Source: Hemiscyllium ocellatum
Lineage: Eukaryota
Direction: 5' to 3'
Length of the DNA stretch: 64,000 nt
Assembly (NCBI RefSeq): GCF_020745735.1
Contig: NC_083433.1
Span: forward strand, 11,109,363 to 11,173,362
The translations under genes and the position numbers were made by a program. How positions within the stretch are numbered: the first letter of the stretch is position 1; every line of letters starts with the position of its first letter. Of the stretch, positions 10,621 to 22,193 are shown piece by piece. The notes under the pieces are model-generated. The model ran no database searches and was not told where the DNA came from. It worked only from the letters and a program-made list of their open reading frames with translations.

Positions 10621-13600
10621 CCCTTCACATTCTGGAAGCTGAACTCAGAATGGCATTGTTTTTATTAATATTTTGTTTAAAAATGAGCCAAAAGTTTTAC
10701 CTGGTGCTCCACATGAGCTGGTAGACTCGCAGTGCCCTGAAAGGAGGCTGAAATAGGAATCAAGTACAACATGGGTCACTGAACCTTCAGCAAGAGGGCA
10801 GAGTTTGAGACAAAAATGTGACATGAGTGTGATCCACTTTGGAAATTATTCACCCAATTCAAAGAAAAGGAAGTCAGTCTGTTATAACAAAGTGTCGCCT
10901 TTTCCCTACTACCCAATGAAGCAAGCCAAGAGGACAATACCGAAACACACACTGCTCTGCTAAAATTGAGGACATTAGTACAGTGCGCAGTCTTACAAAT
11001 AACTTACAGGATTTACTAAAGTTTTGATAAGCTGTAGTGAGACCTCCCCCCTCAAACCCCACATCAGAATTAAACCCACCCTCTGTAGGCAGGAATGAGA
11101 ACTACTGCTTGGGGAAAAAAAAACTCCTTTTACTCTAAAGATTACATAACAAGCAATAATCATCCTCAATCCCACCTCCCTCACCTTATTTTGGGAATAT
11201 TTCTGAAAAATTGTGCACTCTGGTGCAATTTTGTCACTTAGTCCCAAGTCCTCAGAACCCTCCCTGTACCTTCCTTTATTAAATCAATTAGCATGGGCAA
11301 GGTGCTGTTATTAAGTCAAGGCCTGGTTACCATGGAAACCCAAACATGAATACCAAGGCCCAGTCCTTCCACAATTTAGGTTCAGAAATCATACCATTTC
11401 ATCCCCACCCCCATTCGTAATTTATTAGGTTGGATACAGGAATGACTGTTTTTTCCCTGACAACAGTTCCCATTTCTGGGATTAATTCCAAGACGGGCTG
11501 TGTTGAGGTGGGGGTTAGTCCAGAAAAGTGTTAATCACTTGTTTTCTGTAAACATTCAGGTTATTCTCTTTAAGAGTCTAACATTCTTGAACCAATTTGC
11601 ATTTTGTTTGCAGTGACAGATTTCATTAAAACTGGGTGGGCTTGCTCCGTGATCAACGCATGTATATGAGGGTCAGAGGTTGTCAACACCGCAAAAGTTA
11701 GCCTTTTCTCCTGCCACCACCTACCCTCTTTACCCCTTTTTTCCCCTCTGAGCAGAAATAAATAATTTTCCATATTCACTGAACACTTATCATTAAGATT
11801 TTTGGCAATGGCAGGGGGAGAAATAATATTTTACTCTTTAGCCAAAGGTCCAATGTAGGCCTAATTACAGTCAGTAACACCAGCCTATCCCACATTCTAC
11901 CTTCACATCCACAAGTATGTGCTTCCCAAATTTGGAGGGAAGACTTTTTTGTTCCCTCCACCATTGTCTGGCTTAAGGCTGCTGATGGGTTTTGGCAACC
12001 CTACAATCATTTAACTTCTGCTTGGCGACATCTTCACAGATCCAGGCTGTCCTCACCCAAGAAGGCCCTGGTTCAGGCTTTACTTGAGGGCCATGAGTCT
12101 AAACAGAGACCTGTGGTACATGTAGCATCTCACAGGGTCATATTCTGCTCCCCATCCCCAGCTCAGTCATTGACACTCACCTAACCTTAAATAGAGGGCC
12201 CACTCATTTTTGTTTTCTTGATGGGTATCACTACATTGTATCTATGAGGAGAGTTTATAAGTCTAGTTCCTATTGGCAGTGTCAATACAAAGAAAAATTG
12301 TTTCAAATGCAGTGAAATCACTGGTCATTCTCATATCAGATGGAGGTCCATTCTCTCTCCTTTCATCCTTACCATTTGACAATAAAGGTATGTGACTGCC
12401 CCTCCTCCAAAAACTAATCCCCATCCTAAGGTGACATCATTGTGACAGCATGTCCCTTGGAAGGAAGGGCTCAGGTGCAGACAGAAAGTCTCCACTTAGT
12501 CCTAGTGCCGCACTGTCTCAGAGTTCAGTACCCACTACCCACCCCTGCACTGTTCCTGACCCCTCCCTTCCCAAACCAGTATTGTGGAACTCCATAGGGA
12601 TGGCATTCATGTTCAGGTCAAAGCAAAGGTCAGCATGGTGCAGCATAGTGCCAACTCAAACCTATGGTAGGAAGGCTAAAGTGGGCAAATGGTCTGTACT
12701 CAGCTGAGGTGCAAAAAATGGTCATATTTCTCTGGTGACCTGCATCAACCTGACCTAATACACATTCCCAATTCTACCCCCTACACACCACCTGTCTTGC
12801 TATTAGTATCTAAGGGGAGTGGTCAGGAAAGGCAAGCCAGTGGCTCCTGAGCTCAGGTTAAAGCTGTACATGGTTTGTTTGAGGACAGTGGGGTGTTCAC
12901 AGGCCTATGTTGACGGTCAGGCTGTGAAGATGGACAGACAGGAGAGAAAGTGGGCCTCGGATCTTACTGACCGTTTTTGAGGTGTAGTTGCTGTGATGTA
13001 GTGAAAGCAAACAGCCAACTTGCGCACAGCAAGCTCCCAAAACAGCAGTATGATAAATGGCCAGATCGTCTCGTGTTTTTGTCTGTGTTGATCTTAGTAG
13101 AGGGACAAATATTGGCCAGGACACCAGAGAGACTTCCCAACCTCTCTTGCTAATAATACAAAGGGAGCTTTTACAGTCTGTGAGGGAACGTAAGTACCAA
13201 ATAGGAGCCAGAGTAGGCTTCTGCAGAGGACAACTGGTAGTGCAGTGGGTTGCACCTCTGCCTGTTAACTCAGAAGCTCCAGGTTCAAGTCTCAGTCCAG
13301 GATCAACAATCAAGGAAGGTGTGTTCATAATGTGACCAAACAGATTAAGTATCAATCTGTAAATCCTTTCAAAAACTGCCAAAGGCAAGTGGCAATGGCA
13401 GGAGAGATTTCTGGGTTAGTTGTTTGATGAAAAGAATACTGGAGCCTCCACTATCACTATCTGTAACTCTGGGCTACAACGTGTAGGTAATAAGCACATG
13501 TGGCTGCAGCAACTCTGAGCTTAATACACTACTGCCTGGGACATACAGAAAAGCACTTTGTCACAGTGGTTACTCACTGTAGGACAAAAGTTAAATTCTG

Positions 13601-15023
13601 CTAAAAAGGCAGACATGTTGTTCAAACTTGTCATCTTGTGCTTATCAGGACAAATGCAAGAACGCCAAATTTGGCATGATCACAACAATTTACACTGCAG
13701 GAGAAAATAGTGCCGGCTGATTGGCAAATCAACTCTCGTTGGGTGAAGCCTTGCCATGGAGAAAGCAACAGGCTTCCCATACTCCCAGGAAATTCAAAAC
13801 AAAATGATGGAAGTCTTGGACAATTTCCTTTCTTTACAGAGAACATGCAAGTGAAGGCATGTTCCAGCTATCAAATGTGAATAAGCTACATATGAGCTTG
13901 ATGGATGACCTTAAATTGGTGGTTAGTGCAGCCATTAGCACACTTGGGACTGCTTAGTAATTGCTACCCAAATGCAGAATTGCTTCAAACAGTAAACGTT
14001 TATGGTTTGTTTTATTTTGCTTCTCTTTTCAGCAAGAGGCGCAATAGATCGGGGTCAAGGTCAACATCATTATCAGGAGGAGGGCTTCATCAGGATTAAC
14101 TGGCATTTCCCTCCAGACTTTTGGAAACAGGTGAGGCATAGGAAACTGAAGTCTGGAGTCAAGTAAACCATTCAGTTGTCAGAGGAATTGGACAGTCCAA
14201 AGAGAAATCCTGTTCTTGGTTACAAAATAGGGAGAGAGAAAAAAAAAAGTCCCTTGTTACTCACATTCTGCCCCTTGGTTCCCTAAGGTGATGCTCCCTC
14301 CAGAGGATGAGGGCAGAGGGTAAAACCCTTGGTCCCTAAAGGCAAATTGCTCGTTCACACAATGCCACCTGAAATGGGGCTTTGCCTTCAAACACTATTT
14401 CCCCAGCACACTCAAAACCTGGCAACGCAAATCACTGGTTAGCAATCAGGATTGAAAATAGTGCCCGATTCCATTGCGCATCCACACCCTCTCCCAATAA
14501 TGGGCTGGGAGGAGGTGGTGGAGGGAAGTAAAAAGAGAGAGAAGAGGTCAGAGGTACCGAGTCCAATTGCAGCTGCTGTCCTGCTACTCAGATTGAAAGG
14601 AGACTCCAAGGGATGCAATTTCAAGTGAAGTCGAAGCAAATCAGACCTCCAGCCGTGCTTCCATCTGAACGGCACCTCAGACCCAGCCATGGGTTACCCA
14701 GAGAAATATTTCAACAGCACTTGCAAAGTCCAGTGTTCAGTTCTGGAGCAACAAATTATTTACAAAGTTTTAAAAGAAAGAGAAGAGACGAGCTACAACT
14801 TAAAAGGCGCCTGAAGAAACCGATCGACTTGTTGGCTCAAGAAGATTAGTTGGAGGAATGTGATGCCAGGTGCCCGAGTGGGGGGGGGAGATTTCGTTTG
14901 GTAAAATCATGATCTTCATTTATGATTATGATGATCCTCAAAATACTGTCCAGCAGCTCGTTCCTTCCCTTCTCCATGTCTCAAAACTTGACTCACAGAT
15001 TCAAACTGCAAAGGTGCTGAGTT

Positions 15024-15054
15024 TCAGCTTGGTTGCTGCTCACGTGTAGCTCCA
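15024..15054 (-). CDS. PRRG2: PRRG2 probable last coding exon (G)GATREQQPS*
   Basis: Strong acceptor (ctctcgttctttctctctctgtgcag) in the correct phase 2; gives a protein of about 214 aa. Confidence 0.65.
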
Positions 15055-15465
15055 CTGCACAGAGAGAGAAAGAACGAGAGCAGACAGATTAATAGGTGGA
15101 CACCTTCGCTTCTTGTACACTCATTCTTTGTCTCCCTGCAGCCAGGGAGAGTCGGCACACTCCTGAAATCCATCCTGACAAATATTGACATCCTACAAGG
15201 AATGCCTCCCATCAGGGAGCTTTTATGATATAATGGGGCACTCCCATAGGTCCTGATCCTAAATTTGAAAAAACTAAAGTTACACAAGATTTGCATTTAT
15301 ATAGCACTTTTCATAACCACCAGCCACCTCGGAACATTTTACAGCTGACAAAGCGTGCTATTGTATTGTGGCAATGTGGCAGCCAATGTGCGCTCAGCAT
15401 GAACCTACCAACAGTCACGAGGCAGTAGCTAGGTAACCTGATCACGGGAGTACATGATGTGGAAG

Positions 15466-15750
15466 CGGGCAGCACGGTGGCTCAATGGTTAGCTCTGCTG
15501 CCTCACAGCACCAGGGACCCAGGTTCAATTCAACCTTCAGATGACTGTATGGAGTTTGCATATTCTCCCTGTGACTGCCCGGGTTTTCTCCCACAATCCA
15601 AAGATATGCAGGTTTGGTGGTATAGGCCATAATAAACTGCCCAAAGTACGCAGGGTTCCAGGGATAGGGTTGGGGTTGGGTCCGAGTGGGATGCTGTTTA
15701 GAGGGTTGGTGCGGACTAAATAGCCTCTTTCCTCAATGAGGGGATTCCAA
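15466..15750 (+). mobile_element. HE1-type V-SINE
   Basis: A/B boxes, V-domain, tail. Confidence 0.85.
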
Positions 15751-16264
15751 GAGGAGGCGGCCATTCGGCCCAGCACCACGTTGGTGGAGATAGATCAATT
15801 GGCGTGCAGCAGGGTACACTCCAGCTTCAAAATTAGTGTTGTGTTTCACCAAAGCACGGCACTCTGACAGTGCAGCACTCCCATTGGATTAGGTCAGACT
15901 TCACCTTTGTGCTCAAGCCTCAGAGTGGATTTGAACCAGGAAGCTTGCCGCTTAGAGTTCCACCAACTGAGCCAAGGACTGAAACTCAAATAAAGGAGTC
16001 ACTACAATACTGATAGTAGTGACAGAAAATGTGTTTGTATCAGCATTAGTGGGAATGAATAAATAACCCAGCTCCCCACAATAACCTAAAGGAAAAAAAA
16101 GGACTGAGAAAATCAAGTAAATGAGTTTGGGGCAAATTTTTAACTCCCCACTAGCACTGAGCAGTTTGTTCTGGGAATTTGCCTCTTTGACTTTGGGACA
16201 AAACAAAATTTTCATGCAAAGTGAGACGTTTTAGAACTAGAAAACAAAGAGTAAATATACAGAC

Positions 16265-16435
16265 CCTGCGTATGGTGGGGGAGGGGCATCATAATGTCCT
16301 GATTTCGTCAATGCCTCCTCATACGAGGGAAGCCCAGGGGCATTCGTCTCCAGATTGGTCAAGGGCAGCTCTTCACTTGGCTCAGCAGCCGATTGGTTGG
16401 CTGGGTTGGAGGTTCGCCCGCGATACTCGGGTGGT
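16265..16435 (-). CDS. PRRG2: PRRG2 cytoplasmic PY-motif exon
   Basis: (R)PPEYRGRTSNPANQSAAEPSEELPLTNLETNAPGLPSYEEALTKSGHYDAPPPPYA(G) carries the LPxY and PPxY motifs typical of PRRG proteins. ttttcttccag acceptor, weak GG|GTCTGT donor. Confidence 0.92.
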
Positions 16436-17986
16436 CTGGAAGAAAATTAAACACGTTTAGAAACCAGGATGGAAGAGAAACCGTTGCACGTCCATGGAGA
16501 CTCTCGCTCCCCCCACCTGCAAACTCACACCATGCCACAATTTTCTCTCCTGAAAAAGAGGCCTGGGTGGTAGGAGTACAAAGACATCAGGCAAGTTAAC
16601 AAGAGCAGCCACTCTGCCTCCAAATGGGTGACAGCAGACTGTTCATCTGTGGTGGGATTCACAGCTCTCTAGTTCCGTATTGCAATGGACTTTTCTGCAT
16701 TCTATCACAAGGGCTGCTAGATGATGAAGAGTTATCTAGACTCAAAACATTAGTTTGCTCTCTCTCCACGGAGGCTGCCCGACTCACTGTGACATCCAAC
16801 TACAAGGCCTGACCCGTGCCCTTGGGGACAATAGGTTCAACACCCACCACAAAATAAAATTCAATTAGTAAACCTGAACAGGAAACTCCATTCAGTAATG
16901 GTGACAACGAATATAATTTTTTAAAAAACTCATCTGGTTCATTAATGTCCTTTAGGGAAGTTATTATGAAATCTGCTTTCCTTGCCCTTGCAGGCAATAG
17001 TTTCCAAATCACAATAACACTGTAAAATTCCTCTCTTGTCAAGTTCTTGATCTTAAATCCGGGTCCTCTTGTTATTGATCATTCTACTGGAGGAAACTGG
17101 TCCATCGGAACCACTCGATTAAATCTCTTCCTGGACTTCTCTACAGGAAGGAAAGCAATCACAGCTTCTGCAGTCTCTCGCATTTCTCTTTTTAAATTGT
17201 CCCTTCTAATTTTTGGGATGTAAACAAGGCTGGCATTCATTGCTCACCATCTGGCTACCCTTGAAGAGGACAGTGAGACATCTTCTGGAAACGCTACCAT
17301 TTGTGTGTTGTGGTCTGTGGTGCTGTTGGGTGGACCATTACAGAGTGCGGACTCTGTGCCGAGTTGTCCAGATTCCGATGTGCTCTGTGCCCGTGTCCTT
17401 CTGGAGATGTGGGCCCAGCGATTTGGGACTATTGAACCCCAGCTGTTTACCACAACTTGGTTCCATCAATCTGTGGCCTATTCCTCAAGGACAAGGAAAG
17501 CAAGGTCCATAACCAATAGGGAGAAGGCGAGCAACATGTTTCGGGTGTGTTCTTTAGTCTTCCATGGGATCTGGACAGATCCAACAGTAACTTTCAAAAA
17601 GGAATCAGAAAACGTCTGCAAGGCAGTGTGAGTAAAGCAAAGAGTGTGGGAACAGATTGGATACAATTTTCAAAAGAGTGCCAACACAGCCACCATGGGC
17701 TGAACAGTCTCCGTCCATTTGGCAAAATTCACACATAGACACACACAGCTTTACCACACAAGATCCCGAAGGCTCTTGACAGAGTGAATACAGAGTAGAG
17801 CTTCCCCTTATGGGAGGACACGGAACTGGGGTGGGAGCTATTTATAAAACCAGGGGTCACCCATTTCAAATGGAGATGAGGCATGTGCTATGAGTCTTTA
17901 GAACACTTTTTCCAAGAAAGGATGGTGGAAGCAGAATACTTTTTAAGTCAGAAGTAGATGGACTCTGTTTAAACTCCGGGACTGAC

Positions 17987-18116
17987 CTGTCAGCTCTCTT
18001 CCCCCTTTGTTTGCAAAAGTAGATGACGAGCAGCCCAATGAGGATGAGGAGAACAAATCCACCAATCAGTCCTGCTACCAGCCCAGCGACGTCAAACCTG
18101 TGAGCAGTGGGGCCAT
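17987..18116 (-). CDS. PRRG2: PRRG2 transmembrane exon
   Basis: (D)GPTAHRFDVAGLVAGLIGGFVLLILIGLLVIYFCKQRGKRAD(R): hydrophobic helix plus basic stop-transfer. Canonical AG/GT, phases 1/2. Confidence 0.92.
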
Positions 18117-20046
18117 CTGAGGAACAAACAACGAAGATTCAGTCTGGACATCGGTGGTGGAAAAGAGAGACAGAATGGAGTCATGGTAATGTCACTGGGC
18201 TAGAGTTCCAGAGTCCCAGTTAATAGATAAATTCGGCCCTTCAAGCCTGCTCCACTATTCAACATGATCATAGCTGATCAATCAACTCAGTCCCCTGTTC
18301 CCACTTTGTCCAGATACCATTTGACACCTTTAAAAGAACTAAGAACTATAACTCTCTCCTTCTTGAAAACCTTCAATGTTTTGGCCTCAACTGCTTTCTG
18401 AAGCAGAGGATTCCACTGGCTCACACTCTCTGGCTAAAGATATTCCTCCTCATCTCAGTCCTAATGGCCGACCCCAAATTCTTAAATTGTGACCTTTTGT
18501 TCTGGGTTGACTGGTCGTCGGGAACATATTCTGAATACATGGGTTCATATCCCACTGGAATGGCTATCAGAATCCAATATGTAAAATCTGGAATTGAAAG
18601 CTAATCAATGCTGACCATGAAATTATTATTAGTTGTTGTTGAAAAAAAAACCCATCTGGTTCACTAATTTTTGTTTTAAGAGAGAAGGAAATCTGCTGTC
18701 TTTACTGCATTTGGCCTATGTGTGACTCTAATGCAATGGGGTTGACTCAAAATAACCTATTCAGTTCAAGGGCAATTCAAGATGAGCAACAAATACAATT
18801 ACACAACAACTCCTGCTAATTACAAACACTCAGCTCCACACTGAAGCTAACGTAATGCAGTGGTAGTGCCCTATCTCTGGGCCAGAAGTTCAAATCTGAC
18901 CTGCCCCAGAATAGTTTGTTTAAAAATAATCTATAAATCCAAGTTGAACCATTTCAGGGACACTTTGAAGATCAGGAGGGCTTGGCTGCTTGGCTAAATT
19001 AATGAGAAAAAAGGTGAACCCATTTCCTGCTTTGGGGGTAGCAATTTCGCCCCAAGGTTGTGGGTTCAAGTCTTACTCCAGACAGCACAGCATAAAGTTA
19101 TCTCACTCCCTGTAAGGTACTGAGGGAGTGCTGCACAGTCAAAGGTGCTGCCTTTCCTCTGTCCCGTCTGCCTTCCTGGCTGGACGTAACTCAACCATTT
19201 CTGATGAAGGTTCAAAGAAAACAGAAGCCCCCCCCCCCCCATCTTTTACCACATTACCAAAGTGCATAGTGATCACAAGTATACCTTGAATGTCCTGAGC
19301 TGAGCACACTCCAGATGAGATGCATTACAATGCAGGGGGCCATTCAGCCCATCGTGAATACGTCTGCTGTCCAAATGATCACTACTTAGTGCTACTCCAT
19401 AGCATCCTGCAAACTGTTCCTTTTCAAATAACCATCAAAGTCTCTTTCAAATGCTTTGACTGAATCTGCCTCCACACTCTCTGACAGAGTGTTCCAGACT
19501 TGCCTCGTGAGAGGAAAAGATTTTCCTCACATCACTTTGGCTTCTTTTACAAATTCCATTAAATCAACGCCCTCTTGTTCTTAATCCTTTCAGGAATAGG
19601 AACATTTTCTCCCAATGTACTCTGTCCAGAACACTCATGATTTTGAATAATTCAATTAGGATCTCCTCTCAGCTTCATAACAAATGTTTTGCGTGCGTTG
19701 CTTCGATTTCTTTTGACAATTACTTCTAAATCTTTGCCCTCTGGATACTGACCCACCAGCCAGTGAAACCAATTTCTCAAGTACCCCATAAAAGCTATTC
19801 AAAATCTTGAACACCTCCACTATCCCTGCTCTTACTCTACCCAAGCAGCACAGCACTGTCTTCTCCAGTTCCTCCTGTTCCAATCCCAACAAGTCTCTTC
19901 TGTCCTCTCAAAGGCTTTGAGACGCTCCCTAAAGAGTGGCTTCAGCCACACCCCAACTCTCCATTCGCTAAAGTTCACCAATTGGCATAGATCATGTGCT
20001 AATCTGATATAGTTAGTCAGTTACAATGAAGCTCGCTGTTGCTTAC

Positions 20047-20086
20047 CTGGTTTCATACCTTTCACATACTTCTCCCAAAACGCTTG
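20047..20086 (-). CDS. PRRG2: PRRG2 aromatic-stack exon (40 bp)
   Basis: QAFWEKYVKGMKP(D) contains the FWxxY motif. tttttcag acceptor, CAG|GTAAGC donor, phases 0/1 consistent. Confidence 0.92.
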
Positions 20087-20345
20087 CTGAAAAACAAAAT
20101 AAACTTGAATAACAAAATAACGTGATGTCAAACCATGTCTCAGATGGATATTAAAAAAATTCCCACATCCACAGTTCAAAGAGGAGTTGGCGGTGGAGCA
20201 GTGGTGGTTAGAGGGAACAAGGGGTTCATCCTAGTGTCCCAGATGAAATGTATTCCTCAATTATCACCCACACTAAAATATGAACTATTCATATCCCAAT
20301 GTGGGAGCTTGCTGTGTGCAAATACAGTACCACAATTTCGACATC

Positions 20346-20672
20346 AGCACGGTGGCTCAGTGGTTAGCACTGCTGCCTCACAGCCTCACCAGGGTCCCAG
20401 GTGCTGTGAGGCAGCAGTGAGGCGACTGTCTGTGTGCAGTTTGCACATTCTCCCCGTGTCTGTGTGGGTTTCCTCCGAGTTCTCCAGTTTCCTCCCACAG
20501 TCCAAAAAAAATGTGGTCAGGTCAGGTGAATTGGCCATGCTAAATTGTCCACAGTGTTAGGTGTATTAGTCAGAGGGAAATGGATCTGGGTGGGTTACTC
20601 TTCAGAGGGTCAGTGTGGACTGGTTGGGCTGAAGGGCCTGTTTCCACACTGTAGGGAATCTAATCTAATCAT
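20346..20672 (+). mobile_element. HE1-type V-SINE with internal inverted duplication, nested in a Deu-SINE remnant
   Basis: Head, V-domain, AATCTAATCT tail; the flanks continue a Deu-SINE 3' region. Confidence 0.85.
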
Positions 20673-21352
20673 AACAGTGACTACACTTCAAAAAGAACTT
20701 AAGCAGCTATACAGCACTTTAGGACGTCCTGAAGTGTTAAAAAGGCAGAATCATTTCAGATCTGACAGAGAATGCATGGTAACATCGTAGCCGTGATGGT
20801 ACAAGTCTTTAATGTTGCAAGGCCCTGTTGTTAAAGGCATTGCTCTTTCACCTTTGGGACTGGAGTTACAATTCCAACCCAGCAGACAAGAATCCCCCCC
20901 TCCCACCCCCAAATTCCTCCAACTCTGATGCCTTGACCAGCTACCCATCCTGGTCCCTGACTGGATGAGGCCGTGCTATCAGTCGTCTGGATCCTGAATC
21001 TGATTTTCCAGTCCATTACGCAGCCTCATTTAACAGCTCTAGGGTGGAGTGAAGGAGAGTGTGGTGCCTGCACATCATCCAAACCATCCCCTTCGCACCA
21101 AATCTACTTTACAATATGTGGCAAGGAAGGGCCATGATTAAGTCCATGAAAAAAGATCCTTTGATGTTGGATCAGCTGGCAGTTGTGACACGTTGACAGA
21201 TTAGGCCATTACAGAACTGAAACCACAAAATGCCATGCCAGGGCAACAATTAGGGCCCATTGTCTTAAAGGCCATTCATTCGGAAAGGTCACCAACCTCA
21301 GGCCCTTCAAAGCAAAGAGCCTCTAGTCCCTCAGCTCTCAAATGATACCCAC

Positions 21353-21516
21353 TGTCTTCGCGTCATCCTCAAAGATTTCGTGAGCTTCCTCATAATTGCA
21401 GATTTCTTCATAGCATTCTCGCTGCAGATTTCCAGGGGTGATGAGTTCAAAATCCCAGCTATTGTACATCAGCTTCCGACGCAAGAAGCCAGTTGCTTGG
21501 CTTTCCTCGAGGAACA
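21353..21516 (-). CDS. PRRG2: PRRG2 propeptide + Gla domain exon
   Basis: (V)FLEESQATGFLRRKLMYNSWDFELITPGNLQRECYEEICNYEEAHEIFEDDAKT has the classic vitamin K-dependent Gla motif ECxEExCxYEEA. Polypyrimidine-CAG acceptor and phase-0 donor ACA|GTGGGT. Confidence 0.95.
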
Positions 21517-22084
21517 CTGGATGCAATTGGAGGAGAGAAAAAATATATAAATACATATGAATTTTAAACCCTTAATATGAAATGTTCATAAAGACTCATT
21601 CTAATGGAATTGAGATTCAAGTCATAGAAAGCTTTGGCCATGAGATTTGAAAACTTACACTTAATTCAAAGCACAAAAACATGCCTAATTGCTTCATAGC
21701 AGTGTCTATTCTCCACAAGAGCTTCCTCCTATCCCTCTTTATTTAACCCCATCAATATAACTTCCAATTTCTGTCTTGTTTATCCAGTCACCATTAAAAG
21801 TATCTGTTCTATTCACGTTAACCACTCCTTGTGTGAGCGAATTCCACATTCTACCACACTCTGAATAAAGAGCTTCCTCTGCAATCCCCTTTTGGATTTA
21901 TTAATGACCGTGTTATCTTTATGGCACTGGGTTGTGCAATTGGAAACATCTTCATCACATCTACCCTCTCAATCTTCTTACATAATGCCCTGTGTCAATG
22001 TACAGCAAAACGGTTTTCTTATTTTAGAAGGATTTATTTATGGAACAGGTACAGAAAGGGAAAGGACATAGAAAGTGGACATAC

Positions 22085-22193
22085 CTTCATCCTGAATGTC
22101 TCCTTGTTGCGGCAGTGTCCGTGCATCGATCAAAGGAGTCTCGGAGAGAGTGGAGATTAGAAGGACCACATATAATAACTGACTGGTAACCAT
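22085..22193 (-). CDS. PRRG2: PRRG2 first coding exon (signal peptide)
   Basis: MVTSQLLYVVLLISTLSETPLIDARTLPQQGDIQDE(V). Acceptor TAG at 22209-22207 leaves 13 nt of UTR. Phase-1 donor AAG|GTATGT matches the phase of the Gla exon. Confidence 0.85.

Noticed and set aside
14265-14368. Minus-strand cassette exon of PRRG2
   Set aside because: GTGAGT donor is present, but the acceptor is weak and the peptide has no resemblance to PRRG proteins.
15024-22193. Calling the Gla gene PRRG4 and its neighbour QSER1
   Set aside because: NSWDFEL and HYDAPPPPY, the PRR12-type N-terminus next door and adjacent NOSIP all fit the PRRG2 locus.
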